Shown here in pieces: positions 22,490 to 34,646 of a DNA stretch of 64,000 nucleotides. Position 1 is the first letter of the stretch. The number at the start of each line of letters is the position of its first letter. The translations under genes and the position numbers were made by a program. A model generated the notes under the pieces. That model had not been told where the DNA came from. It did not search any database and was given only the letters and a program-made list of their open reading frames with translations. Source of the DNA: Elsinoe ampelina (taxonomy: Eukaryota); assembly GCA_010093995.1 (NCBI GenBank), contig ML992503.1:859234-923233 (forward strand), written 5' to 3'.

Positions 22490-25400
22490 ACATTACGGCC
22501 TGTACAAATACGCTTCTCTGTCCATCCTAGGCTACCGGAGGCTTCTTTCACGCTCTTCTCGATACAATTATACACAAAAGCCCCAGCTTCTCATGTCAAC
22601 GTTACCAATTTGGACTTCTGGTTTTTTTGGCTTTACCAGACTACGACTTTACGGACGAACGGATATGGACGATAGCGACTTGATTTTAATTGCTTCCTTC
22701 GCTGGTCGGACTTGATTTGCTTCTGGCGATGGCGTTGTATTCATGTCAATCTCATCCAAACAAAAGATACCACGGAGCGACTTGCTTTATTCACGGACGG
22801 TGGAGGGGATTCAGCCGAAGGATAAAGGCTTTGAAAGGGGATTCGCGGAAGACCAAACCCGCTGGGAGATTGTATCATTAGATAAATGAAGTCTGCTACG
22901 CTGCAGCACGCCCAAGTTGGCGATTGAAACACAGAATACTATCTATTATCCAAGTACACTACCTCTTCTGCTCCATCTCTACAGCGAACATTAGCCAAGT
23001 CTCGTTGCCAGATACCCGTCGGTACGAAGCTGGAACACGCGGTCAAGCATGGTACCACAGCCATCAGAGCAAACGCCAGACCCAAGCTTCACCCTGATCC
23101 CCTCCATCTCGAGTCTCAAACACGGCCCCGCCGTCTGTGCAATATCCACTAGCTCAAGCCACGCTCAATCAGACCGACAACCGAAGGCACAAGCCTCGTC
23201 CCATGGACTCGCACCAGAGTTCCAACAATCCACCAGCGGGTAACACCTAGTACCTACAGTACAGGTGTACTACTCTCCACGTAATCTCCGCCGCGATACC
23301 GTGATGCAATATCGAGACACAACGCCAGGCTGAATGAACTCCACCTCGACCAGTCCTGACAGGCAATCAACCGCAAAAAGATTGGCGTCGTGCCACGACT
23401 CAATCCTCGATGCACGATTATCTCCCCAACCCACCTGTCTCCCCCCTTGTCAAATATCATTAAGATTTCACTTCCATCGATGGACCATGCGCGCCACCCT
23501 GTCCTGCATGACAAGCAACTACTGTAGCCTCAAAGCCCACACATGCAAAACTGCGGAGTCAGTGACGCTGCCCTTCCACCCTCCGCGCGCGGATCACACG
23601 AGGCTGCTGATCATGATTGACAATCGTGGATTCAGATTCACTCGTGCAAGAAGCGCCGCCCGTGAGAGCGACGAGGTGTGGGTGGAGCCCCCGCCAACCC
23701 GCATGGCGCTAGGCACGTTCAGCCCTTTTTTTTTGTTTCTGCTGGGAGGAGCAAAGAGGGCCGCATGGTCTGCGCCGCAAGGTGGGCGTGCAGGGCTGGG
23801 ATGCACTGAGTAATGGATGGTGCCGGTACACGGCGGGAGCGAGAGTGCGGGTTGGCCTCAGGTTGCGGGATGGAGGGAGTTGGGTGGGGTGACTGAGTGG
23901 GTGTTTGTGCGCGTGTTCTCTTCCAGAAGGAATGCGTGTGATGTCCAGGTGCTGTGGTGTCAGAGAAGGGTCGTTTCGGGAGGACAGTGGTTTCAGAGCG
24001 GCGCTGCTGAGGGCATTGCTTCATGCGGGTGAGGGCTGGCTGGATGGGGAAAAGCAGACATGAGAGTGCAAGCATCATCGTTTGTGATTGCCGTATAGTG
24101 CTGTGCATACAGCTGTGCCCGAGGAGAGTGACTCCTTCTGCTGTGCCTCTTTTTGTCGCATTGGCATGCTCACCACTTTTTGCTGCATGCATTGGCACGG
24201 CGCGACTGCATCTTGATGTGCTTCGAATAGATCATCAGGTGAAGTGAAGCAACCACCGTCCGCGATGACGGTACCGAGATTCACGGCTTGCGACTGCTAC
24301 GCGAAGTGTCTGCGCAATACCTAGCCGTCTTGACACGAATACGGTCACAGGCTCTTCATCACCCACTGGTCCACTTTCCACAAAAGCCCTCGCTCGCATA
24401 CGAACATCTCTGACCAGGTGTTCAAGCTTTCCAAGTCCGTGGATAGAGATCTGCCCCTCCACGGCGCGCCCATCAGCAGCCGTCTCATCCATGGAGAGCT
24501 CCTCATTGGGTCTCGAAAACGACCTCAAAGAAGGGCTGGGACGGGGACACCCGCGTTCTGCAGGACGCTAATGCACACGATCGAGACGTCAGAATTCGAT
24601 CCTTGAGCTCGATGCTCGTCGCCTGTGATCCTCCATGCCAGTGCAGCATCATGAGTGGCTCCACCGGTACGTGGCTTGCCTTTATCAGATGTCTCTCCCA
24701 TGCGAGGCCATCCACCGCTTGGAAGACAGAGCGAGGCACGAATCCCACGGCGGATTCTTCCATATCGGTGAACCCTGATGTGCCTTCCATGAGCGGGTCA
24801 GTGACATCTCGTGCGCACCTTGGCTTCTGCACTATCGAAAATCTGAAGAAACAACCACTTGACGCTTTGTGGTGAACACAGACACGTCAGGACCTGCGGG
24901 AGGTCGCAGCATAGGCCGCATCGGCTTGAGCGACACTGAACACAGGCCCTTGCGCAAGTGATTGTAACACAGGCTGAACTCTCACCTGCAGTAGCCGGTA
25001 AGGTCTCGGCATTGATGTGGCTTGCTATAACAAATTCCATAATGGCGTCCAACAGATGGTGGCCAGGCCGCCTTTGTGCAACACTCCTCGTGCAACGCTC
25101 ATCTCGATCCCGACCCGGTACCACGGCAGCAGCTAGGTTGGAGGAGCCGCAAGAACAGTCGCGTGGACATACCTGAGACCGCAAATGGATGCCGTCCAAA
25201 AAAGGTACATCACAAGGTCTCTTCTGTTGCCGAGCTCCTGAGGCTCCGCATGTGTCGTCAGTTGTTGGATGCGCAGACAGTCGCGATCCTCGATGAGACA
25301 AGGCTGCACAAGCCGCTCCTGCCACATTCGCAGTCATCCATGCGTTCACTCAATTTGGATCATGCACGTCTACGGTTGGACTTGACGATGTGAGGTTGTG

Positions 25401-26267
25401 GGCAGGCATGGCGTAGAATGGACCTTGGTCTAGACCGGTCCTAACTGTCCGGCTTCCAAGCACAACCTTCTCAACCACTACCAGGAAAATGCCGTGCGCC
25501 ATTCTGCAACGGCAATTTTCTAGACGTACGATCTGCGAGATCAGAACACCAACGTTGTCGGGGAAGGCCACGACGCCTTGTGGCTTTGGTATGCATGCAC
25601 CGACGGTTTCCACGCCCTGGTGACCTTGCGAATTTCGGCAGGAGACAAGGTTGAGGCCCTGGACGCGATGTCCGATATACGAGATGATGAACGGATCTCG
25701 AAATCGACCGCTGTGGGTCTGGATGCCGAAAGGCTTGACCATCTTGGTCGACATGGAATTCTTGCAACGTGACCGTGCATCACGGACCCTGATCGACTTT
25801 TGTCAAATTCTCCATCCACAAGCAGGCTGTTTGCAACGCTGCCGAATCTTGACCATCTGCGATCGTCGACCCACCCACTGGTGATGGTCCTTGACATTCG
25901 GCTCACCTCGCTCCTGACTCTGAAGTCCCTGATGGCCACGAGCAGGTTTCGTTGCTGATCATGCGGCTGATCATGACTACTGTCGTGTTCCGACCCCTCT
26001 AACCTTGGGAACGTGCCGTCCGCCCCCTGACCGACCCCCCGATCGCAGATTGAGCTGAAACCAGTGCGAGATCGAGCTTCCCATCTCGGCCACGGACAAG
26101 GCTCCACCCCCAACTCATTCCGCGCTCGTCATGACGGCGAGATCTGCGGCCTTCAGACATGTGTGGTGAAGCCGCGGTCATGGCAAGTGACATGCTCGGC
26201 CGGCGTTGCCGACCATTGATGGCTGCCATGGCCGGAAATTGTGGTCATTCCTGGCGCTTCAATGCGT

Positions 26268-27100
26268 TCATCCACCAGAAGCCTCATGCATGAATGCCGG
26301 ACTCCAGTACTCCCTCTCATCTCCTTGGGCATCTACCCATACCAGCGAATCGCTGATCAGATCTTCGATCACAGCCACGGCTCGCGGACGCTCCCACTGC
26401 AGGTTGATCTGCAGCATGGAGACGGACACGTAGCCCAAAACCTGGATGACCTCGAGGACTGTGGACTGATCTGTGTTGAGTTCTTTCGGAACAGACCTGA
26501 TCATTTGCTTCGAACCGAGCTTGATGACATCGAATCCTGAGCCCAAGGGTTTGAGAGACTCGACTGCGCGACGAATGTCATCTCTGAGACACATGTCAGC
26601 CATGTCCTTGCAACGGTAGGGAAATGCACCCACTCCGATACCTCCATACCACCACCTATGCGTTTCCCCTTCTCCAGTCGCTTCTGCACCTCGGTCACAG
26701 CCATCATACCTCCGTTCTCCGATCTTGTTTCTCTGCACACTTCAACCACTCTTACAGCCAGCTCAAAGTAGAAATCGTTCACGCTGCCCCCAAGCATCTG
26801 ACTCCAGAAACTGCCGTCCTTCCCTCCCTTCGCTCCTTTGTGGTTGCTGCTCGCCAGAGGATCTACCCCGATCGCGTTGCACATGCGCGCGAATTCTGCG
26901 CGAAAGCTAGGATTCGATCTGATCTCTGCGCCGTGGGATACCGAGAAGTTGTGTAGCGCAGCCTGAAAGACGGAGAGCTGGTTGGCGAGGGACTCGGCGT
27001 GAGCACTGCGTAGGGATGCGCCGTGAGATGCATACTGGTCGGAGGTGAGAGCATTGCGAGAGAAGGCCGAGAGACCAACTCCGCGGCGATTGCTCGCCAT
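26268..27100 (-). CDS. SNF8: ESCRT-II subunit Snf8/Vps22 (2 exons)
   Basis: RRGVGLSAF...IRSNPSFRAEFARMCNAIGVDPL...DFYFELAVRVVEVC; intron at about 26584-26633; then DDIRRAVESLKPLGSGF...RSVPKELNTDQ...LVWVDAQ...YWSP. Confidence 0.95.
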
Positions 27101-27336
27101 CGCTAGAGTGCGCGTGCTTCTTTATGTGATGTCGAATGTTAAGTGGTGATGTTCGCAATGGAGCTGTCCGCGGAAGTGCCTGATGTGGAGTAGTGTGGTC
27201 GGAGCGGCATGTGCCGCCCGACTTGTCTTGGCGCACACTTTTCGAAAACCTCACTTCTCCAATTTCGGTTCTGAAAGATCACGCCCAACCACGACCTCCG
27301 ACAACCAACACCTAATCCACCCCACAGGTCAATACA

Positions 27337-28644
27337 ATGGCTCCTAACAAGAAGACCTCTTCCACCAAGGCGTGAGTCAATCATCATCCAGGAGAAAGAG
27401 AATGCAGTACAGTCGGCCCGCTCGCTGGAGAAGCTTCAATCGCTTCGAGTGTCTGTACGAAATTGCAGATAGATGTCCACGACTGTAGTCCTGCAGTTGT
27501 CAGGTAGGAATATCTGGCTCTGCAGAATGTACGGTCAAGGAACAGAGGTCGTTGTCGCCATTGGCACAGAGATGAAAATCTTTTATACCTCGAAGACATG
27601 CATCCTCTTCACTGAGTACATGCTGCTTCAATCCTCGGACGTCGAGTCCTCTCCAGCAGAGAATGCCGCTGTGCTGCAGTTCTCCGCCTCGGAGACCTCA
27701 TCGCGACCACTGTACTGACATCCCTTGCAGGAGCGTTGCGTCCAAGGACGACATCCTCGTCCCGGAGACTCTTCTCAAGAAGAGAAAGTCCCAGGAGAAG
27801 GAGCGCGAGGCCAAATCCGCTGAGATCCAGAAGCAGCGCAAGGTATGTCTCTACCATGTTCTATTGTCCTGTCATCTAGTGATGATATCAACCCAACCTC
27901 ACGACTAGGCTCTCGGGCCAATGCTGTCGTTTTGTTAACCATCTTTCGGGACTGAGCGACAAGCAATTCCATTGCATACTTTGTTACAAACCGGTGAACA
28001 GTCTCTGACTTGTACAGGCCAACAAGGAGAAGCGTGGTGTCATCTTCAAGCGTGCCGAGGCCTACGTCAAGGAGTACCGTGATCTGGAGCGCGAGAAGAT
28101 CCGTCTCTCTCGCCAAGCCAAGCAGGAAGGTTCCTTCTACGTCCCCGCCCAGCCCAAGCTCGTCTTCGTCGTCCGTATCAAGGGTATCAACAAGATCGAC
28201 CCCAAGCAGCGCAAGACTCTCCAGCTCCTCCGTCTTATTCAGATCAACAATGGTGTCTTCATCAAGCTCACCAAGGCTACTTCCGAGATGTTGAAGATCG
28301 TCGAGCCATACGTCGCCTACGGATACCCCAACCTCAAGTCTGTCCGTGAGCTGGTCCTCAAGCGTGGTTACGGAAAGGTCAACAAGCAGCGCATCGCCCT
28401 CACCGACAACCAGATCGTCGAGGAGAACCTCGGCAAGTACGGCATCGTCTGTGTCGAGGATCTGATCCACGAAATCTACACTGTCGGCGAGAACTTCAAG
28501 CAAGCATCAAACTTCCTTTGGCCATTCAAGCTTAGCAACCCCAACGGCGGATGGCATAAGCGCAAGCTGCAGAATTTCGTTCTCGGGGGCGACCTTGGTA
28601 ACCGCGAGGAGTTTATCAACGCCTTGATCCACCGCATGAACTAG
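27337..28644 (+). CDS. RPL7: 60S ribosomal protein L7 (uL30), 3 exons
   Basis: [31 protein letters not shown]...[17 protein letters not shown]...VRIKGINKI...[14 protein letters not shown]...[20 protein letters not shown]...NFLWPFKLS. Introns at about 27372-27730 and 27843-28017. Confidence 0.97.
27874..27960 (+). ncRNA. Intronic box C/D snoRNA (snR39/snR59/snR39B-SNORD2 group) guiding 25S rRNA 2'-O-methylation
   Basis: Box C GTGATGA at 27879-27885 and box D CTGA at 27952-27955. The guide ACCATCTTTCGGG (27938-27950) is complementary to the conserved LSU sequence CCCGAAAGAUGGU. Flanking TGTC/GACA can form a terminal stem. Located in RPL7 intron 2. Confidence 0.88.
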
Positions 28645-29194
28645 ATGGAAATGGTTGGTTGGCGAGCTGGTCACTTTTGAGGTAGCATGGGTCATCTGGA
28701 GTTAGTCGCTCCAGCAGCATGAAAAGCAATTCAATGAATATCCAGACGTACCGACTACATTCATGTTGTTGTTATTTAATAGCGCCTGATGTGAAAGTGG
28801 CGATGTCGTCCAGTCCAACCTGGTAGTTATACTTCAACGCCTGAAATATTGATACGAGATGTTATTCCTGCCTGCTTGCGTGAGCCCTCTCTTCAATGCC
28901 CCAATCGTCGTTCGAAATCGCGTTTGACATGTACTCGACACCCATGTCAATTTGTAAAGATCTATCATCCATCCGAGCCAACATCATTACCTACTTCCTT
29001 AAAGTACCCCTTTGACTACCAAACATTCCTCACCTACCAGTTCTATACTCACCACGGTCATCCAAACCCATCTCTATCGCCCACGTCTACACCTACCACA
29101 AGTCAACCCCACCTCTTCGCCCCTCCCGGTCCGCTCCCTGGTAGTACCACCCCCAGCACCTCCCACCAGCCCCTCCCACCGTTCCCCTCGTCCA

Positions 29195-29965
29195 ATGTCC
29201 ACCCCCAACCGCGCCACCCGCCGCTCCAATGCCAAAAAAACCAACACCAAATTCATCCCCCTCAACCCCCCCCTCTCCGCCTCCACCATCCCCCTCGCCC
29301 AACCCGACCGCTCCGGCCCCAAAACCAAAACCCTCTTCGACATCGCCGCCGAACGCAACGCGCTCCTCGCCAAAGGCCAGCCCTTCTCCCCTATCCACGG
29401 GGACGGCCTCGTGCGAGACGAGAACGGCCGTGTCATCCTCCCGATCAAAGACATCTCCACCTCTCCTTCCTCACAAGCAGCCTTAGCCGGGGATGGGCAC
29501 GGCCTGGGGAATGGGAACGGGGACGCGGAAGGGGAGGAGGTCGTCGGCCCCCTAGGCGAGGCGGTGTTCTACACCATTACGTTATCGATGCTGCACTTTA
29601 CGCTCCTCCTCCTCGTGCACCACCAGTACGGCACCACGCCCCCGTCCCTCCTGCCCCTCGCGGCCGAGACCGCGAAGACCATGCCGGTGCTGGGCGTGTT
29701 CATCTGGTTGCTCAAGCTGCGGGCCGTGGGGAGGTGGGGCGGGGGACGGGTCAAGCAGGGGGTGCATCTTGTGCTCGGGACCGTGGCTGGGTGTTATTTG
29801 CTTTGGGTGGGGAATCGGGAGAATTATCTCGGGGTTATGAAGAGGGCGCCGCCTGTGGGGACGGTGTGGGTTTGGTCGGTGATTGAGATGAGGTTGGGGT
29901 GGGCGCTGGGGAGTTTGGGGGTTGCGGGGGCGTATGCGTGGTGGAATGGGTTTGGGGTGATGTGA
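29195..29965 (+). CDS. Hypothetical fungal membrane protein (several TM helices in the C-terminal half)
   Basis: MSTPNRATRR...IPLAQPDRSGPKTKTLFDIAAER...LSMLHFTLLLLVHHQY...YLGVMKRAPPVGTVWVWSVIEM. Confidence 0.7.
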   Translation: MSTPNRATRRSNAKKTNTKFIPLNPPLSASTIPLAQPDRSGPKTKTLFDIAAERNALLAKGQPFSPIHGDGLVRDENGRVILPIKDISTSPSSQAALAGDGHGLGNGNGDAEGEEVVGPLGEAVFYTITLSMLHFTLLLLVHHQYGTTPPSLLPLAAETAKTMPVLGVFIWLLKLRAVGRWGGGRVKQGVHLVLGTVAGCYLLWVGNRENYLGVMKRAPPVGTVWVWSVIEMRLGWALGSLGVAGAYAWWNGFGVM

Positions 29966-30320
29966 TAAGGGGGCTGGGGCAGAAGGAGGACTGAGGGAGG
30001 GAGGGAGGGAGATGAGGTGAGGATGGCGTAGCGAGGGCGGTCATCATTGTAGGTATGGATGGGGAGGTAGAAAGTGGGAGTGTACAACAAAGTAGTGGTG
30101 AACAAGCTGATCAAGGGAGGTGTAATAATATTGTAGCATTTAAGCCGCTATCTAATGACCTGACCCAAGCATTATCTGAACATTAAAAGGGGCCCGACCA
30201 TGACTCTGTACAATGCGAGTGACCCAACCAAAAGACCTAGCCCTTTTTTCAACGCCGTAGTTCCAATGACCGCTCATACATCATCTGTTTGCGAACGCGA
30301 GGTGGACGATCCGGATAATC

Positions 30321-31437
30321 CTAGTATCCAGTCGAGCCACCCACCGACGTCCGGTGCCGCGGTTGGTACATGCTCGCGGCGTAGTCGCTGTCTTGGTAGT
30401 CGGTGTTGGTGTGGTCGTTGTCCTGCATGAGCTCCTTGACCTCCCAATTGTTTGTGCGTTGGCCAACGGAGAATTCCAGATCTTCTCTCGTGATTGAGTC
30501 CCAGTACTGCATAATGTTAGCTTTGCCAATCCCGCAGGCCTGTTGGATTTGCTCACCTTGTAAACCATCATGACAGCGAGCAAATTGCAAACGGTCGCAA
30601 AAAGCAGACCATCCATGTAATGCTGTACACCCTCGCAGACACTGTCGGCGAAGACGTAAAGAATCACCTGCCCAGCAACGAAGAAGAAGACGCAGAAAGC
30701 CAAATGTCCAGCTGGCCATCTCTCAGTCAGGGTACCAAACACCAACAAGAACTGCATGACAATGTACACAAACACGAAAATCGCAGTGGCAATGTACAGC
30801 ACAACAAACAGCCCAATCGTCTTAGTCGGCCCGAGTCCAGCAATCCCCTTGAAGGTAAAGATGTTGACCGCGAACGTGACGATGAACATTACCAGGGCGC
30901 CAGTGCGGAGCAACCAGACCGAGAGCTTCGTGCCGTCTTCATAGAGCTGGAACCCGACCATACCGCTGATGAGAAGACTGACTGCAGTGGCGCTGGCGAG
31001 ACCCGATTGTGCTGCGACAAAGTATGGGTAGGCCGCGGATCCGAGAGGTACCACACCGGCGTCCAGGACGAGGGAGAAGGCAGAGAGCAGGAAGTAGAGG
31101 TAGAAGAAGGTCGTGATCTCCTTGCGCCCTGGTGTGTGTTAGTCCGTGTCCCAACGATCCGCTGTACCTCTTGCTGGTCTTCGATCTTGGGCTACGTACC
31201 GACTGCTGTGAACTTGCTCCTAACGTGGATAATCATGATGATCGTCATGATCAGAGCCATGATGTGTGCGAATGCCGCCGCGCCTTGGAAGATGATCGTA
31301 TTTGCGAGCGAGATACTCCGGCTATAGCAAAGCGGTTGGATGCCTCGTTGTCCGGTAAAGGCATTTGGCGGTCCGACCAGCGGACACAGAGGGAGTGCCG
31401 CCTTCTGGCATAGCACGTCGAAGTCTCCGAAACCCAT
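30321..31437 (-). CDS. CHS7: Chitin synthase export chaperone (3 exons)
   Basis: MGFGDFDVLCQKAALPLCPLVG...CYSRSISLANTIIFQ...HVRSKFTAV/GRKEITTFFY...GFQLYEDGT...CNLLAVMMVYK/YWDSITREDLEFSVG. Confidence 0.96.
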
Positions 31438-32060
31438 CCCGGCTCTTTGAATGTGTGAGTCGCCCAACGATCGGCAGGCTGTGGAAAGGGGCGCGATGTG
31501 TATGCGTGTAGCCGCCGCTCTGTCGGAGTGTTATGTGCTGGTCGCGTCGGTGAAACGAGTGTCGGAGGCGCAGAAGATGAGAGAGGTCGTGAAGCGAGCG
31601 AGTCGATGAGAAGCACAAGGCAAGGCGGCGTGAGTGATCGTCCGTCGTATTCGTCTTTTCATGAGGATGAGCGAAGTTGTTTCGCAGCACGGACCACATG
31701 CCGTTGCTGCGCCAATTTTGGGACCTTGGAGGTTCGTTCCGCATTCGAGGGATCTGCTTTATCGTCCTCAATACTGTCCTCCAGCTATACAACATGGATA
31801 TGCCAACAGGTGGAGTATGCTCTCCATCGTCAATTTGCCGTACACAGACGTGCAGCTCACACGCTTTTGGGCTTCCTTCAACGTGTAGCTGTACCCAAGC
31901 TGTGCAAGTTTAGGACATCTCCAGACAGCACTGCCTTCGTCAGTGAGCACCAGACCCTTCAACTGTGCACTTCGTCTTGTGTTATCAGGATTATCACAGC
32001 AAAAGACGCATCATTCCATTGGTCAGGTATCTCATCATTATCACTCAAGTTTTCTTCAAT

Positions 32061-33410
32061 TCACGCGGCCTTCGATCCCATTTCCATCCCGGCCTGCTTC
32101 TCCGCCACGTACCCGCCAGTCGGCCCATCATATGTCGGTGGCGGTGGTGCAGCAGAACTGGATCCCGCCTGCCCCTCTTCATATGCCGGTGCTGTGCTTC
32201 CTCCGGCTTCACCATACGAAGGCAATTGGGCATCCCCGCCACTTTTCTCTCCCGGCGTCTCCCAACCACTCCTGTCGTGCGGCGGGTAGTACTCGAACCT
32301 CAACCTCTCGCTCTTGATCTCAAATAACTTGTCTGTCTCCTTGTGACGTATCAGGATCGTTGCCTTGAGGTAATGGCTATGATTGATCGTCCACGTGATG
32401 AAGTCAGGAGGTAGAGCCCTCGCAGCGACCATTGGTGGTGAACTTGGGGTTGTCTTGAAGCTGTGTAATCCAAAGTCCGCCACGGGGTGTACGTCGCTAC
32501 CATCCAGCGGCATGGGAATGTTACATCTGTATGATACAGCGGCCTTTTCCTGCTGTTCCTCCTTGTCCCAGTCCGAGAAAGTGGAGCGAGCGCGGAAGAT
32601 GGTGTTTGTCTTGATGACGACGCGGACATGTTCGAGGATGAGTGTCGGCGCGACTGGGTCGACGTCGTTGGAGCGGGTGTAAGTGAGAGAGAAGGCCAAC
32701 GGGGCATTCTGGCCAGGACAAAGGCGCGAGGGGATGCCGAGTTTAGAAGTAAACCTGATTTCAGGGGTCTTGAGAGACGGGTCAGAGGTGAAGACATGGC
32801 GCATCTTCTGCTTGAAGTCATGCCTTTCGGGTCGAAGATCGCGGGAGGACCAGGAGGTGATTGGTAGGCGGGCGAGTTGGAGCACTGGGTCTGGGACCGG
32901 TGAGGGGCTGAGAGGGTTGAAGCGTAGAGGAATGACCTCTTCGCGGGACCTCGTCAATGATCCTTCATTGATTTTGACTTTCAGCATGTAGTCGACCACC
33001 GCTTCTGCACCTCCGATCGATACGGAGAACGAGGGTGGCAGAGGAATTTCGCCAGGAGGTGCATATTTTGGGTCGTCGCCGTGCTTGTCTCTGTCCCACG
33101 AGCTCGAGACGGGAAATGAGACTTCGAAAGGCCACTCAAGGGTTTGAGGCGACATATCGAAGGGGCCACGAAAGAGCGTCGTGACATTCTTGAAGAGGTA
33201 TATCTCTTCTCTATTAGTCTTTCTGTTGTTGCCGTTGCTGCGACTGATCTTTGTGGTCATCTTTCCACGAAAGACCAACTGGACATCATCCAGCTTTTCT
33301 TGCCCCGCCTGTGGCTGGATCTTGTATGTCACCTTGCCACGAATCGTGTCGCCCGCGGTGAATATGTGTGAGCTGGGCTGAACGCCTAGATCGACCTTGA
33401 TGAGACCCAT
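32061..33410 (-). CDS. Alpha-arrestin / arrestin N-domain protein with C-terminal PY motifs
   Basis: FTAGDTIRGKV, WPFEVSFP, LPPSF, VDYMLKV; tail contains LPSY and PPPPTY (Rsp5-binding type). Confidence 0.78.
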   Translation of the reverse strand: MGLIKVDLGVQPSSHIFTAGDTIRGKVTYKIQPQAGQEKLDDVQLVFRGKMTTKISRSNGNNRKTNREEIYLFKNVTTLFRGPFDMSPQTLEWPFEVSFPVSSSWDRDKHGDDPKYAPPGEIPLPPSFSVSIGGAEAVVDYMLKVKINEGSLTRSREEVIPLRFNPLSPSPVPDPVLQLARLPITSWSSRDLRPERHDFKQKMRHVFTSDPSLKTPEIRFTSKLGIPSRLCPGQNAPLAFSLTYTRSNDVDPVAPTLILEHVRVVIKTNTIFRARSTFSDWDKEEQQEKAAVSYRCNIPMPLDGSDVHPVADFGLHSFKTTPSSPPMVAARALPPDFITWTINHSHYLKATILIRHKETDKLFEIKSERLRFEYYPPHDRSGWETPGEKSGGDAQLPSYGEAGGSTAPAYEEGQAGSSSAAPPPPTYDGPTGGYVAEKQAGMEMGSKAA

Positions 33411-34646
33411 TTTGAGTGACTGATTATTTATCCGGGCGTCCAATGAATGTTCCTGACGTCCGATAGCGCGCACTCCAGCACCAGCGCTCTTCAGTGTGAA
33501 GCAGGCGCGAGAGGCTGACAGTCAGTGTATGCGATAGTCGCGGGTTGAATGTCGAGTGAGTTGAAGCGAGGGTAAGCTCGCATCTATGTCACAAGGTGCC
33601 AGCTACAGTACAGTACCCTAGAATGAAAGAAAATGGTAGCAGTGTTGAGATCGCTTACGCATTCAAATATTACAGTCACGGGATGCATATATACAGAGTA
33701 TATGTCCCAAGTGAGAGAGTGACGAAGGTCCGTGCCGTGGTATGCCTTGCTGCGCCTTGAAATAGCCGTGCCTGAACTTCATTCAAACGGGAAGGATCGC
33801 ACCGTTCGGCTGACCTTTTGTGCTGATCTCACTCGGCATGCGGTAATGTCCATTGACGTGTGGGAGTTGATGGAGTACCAAAGCGGTAATAAAGCTCAAC
33901 GGTTGTGATGAAAGTCATTTGCAAGGCAGGAAGTCTGAATGAAGATTGGTGGCACGCTTTGGACCACTAGAGAAAGCTAACAGGCATCCATGATACTACC
34001 AGACACACAGTCACTGTAAGCTGTATATCTGAATAGCGTAAAATAGTCCTGGTAGTACATTGTACCACACTACCAGGAAGCAAGACTAGCTAGACATAAG
34101 GGGTGACACGCCGCTCAGAGGTTCTGGTAGTTTTGGTCATGTTTAACTAGTATGCGGCAACTCGGAGGTCACTTTGCCAGCCAAGCACGCCTGCACTACT
34201 ATCGATGTGCGGATAGGTTTCAAAGTGACCACAAAGCTCTCTGGCCTGCATGAACCATATCGCAAGGCTTCATAGACCCATGGTTGAATACAGTTAGACA
34301 TTGATCCGAAAAGTCAAAGGACTCTTTTTGCTCCACGCTACAAATCAAATGGACCTTGAACAGTCGACAATGAGCCTGCTCGACCAAACATACGCCGGTC
34401 TACTCCAAGCACGTGTTGCCGTGTCCAGGTCAATGTCCTCTCCCGTGCTTGATGATAGTGTTACAAGATGAAAAGTCATGCCGTGCCTCCCGGTATCATC
34501 GCCATGCACATCCCTCACTTCCTGGTTTGTTGACGCCATTGAAGTTCCGTTCCGTGTCTCCGTCGTGCAAATTCGTGTCATGCGGTCAGATTGCCTGCTC
34601 TTCGCTTGATTGTGACCCTCTTACTTGGTATCTCACCATCGGAATC

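Noticed and set aside
23600..23735. GGCTG...CAGCC followed by a T run, as a Pol III ncRNA
   Set aside because: No recognisable A/B boxes or SRP, tRNA, 5S or U6 motifs.
16613..26267. Telomerase RNA, tRNA or TPP riboswitch in the long intergenic regions
   Set aside because: No TAACCCTAA template, T-loop GTTCGA in a cloverleaf context, or TPP aptamer core found by eye.
28849..29886. 345 aa + strand ORF
   Set aside because: Alternative frame of the membrane protein gene; Pro/Arg low complexity with no motifs.
34047..34078. 10-bp inverted repeat TCCTGGTAGT/ACTACCAGGA
   Set aside because: Single short hairpin with no other support; may be chance.
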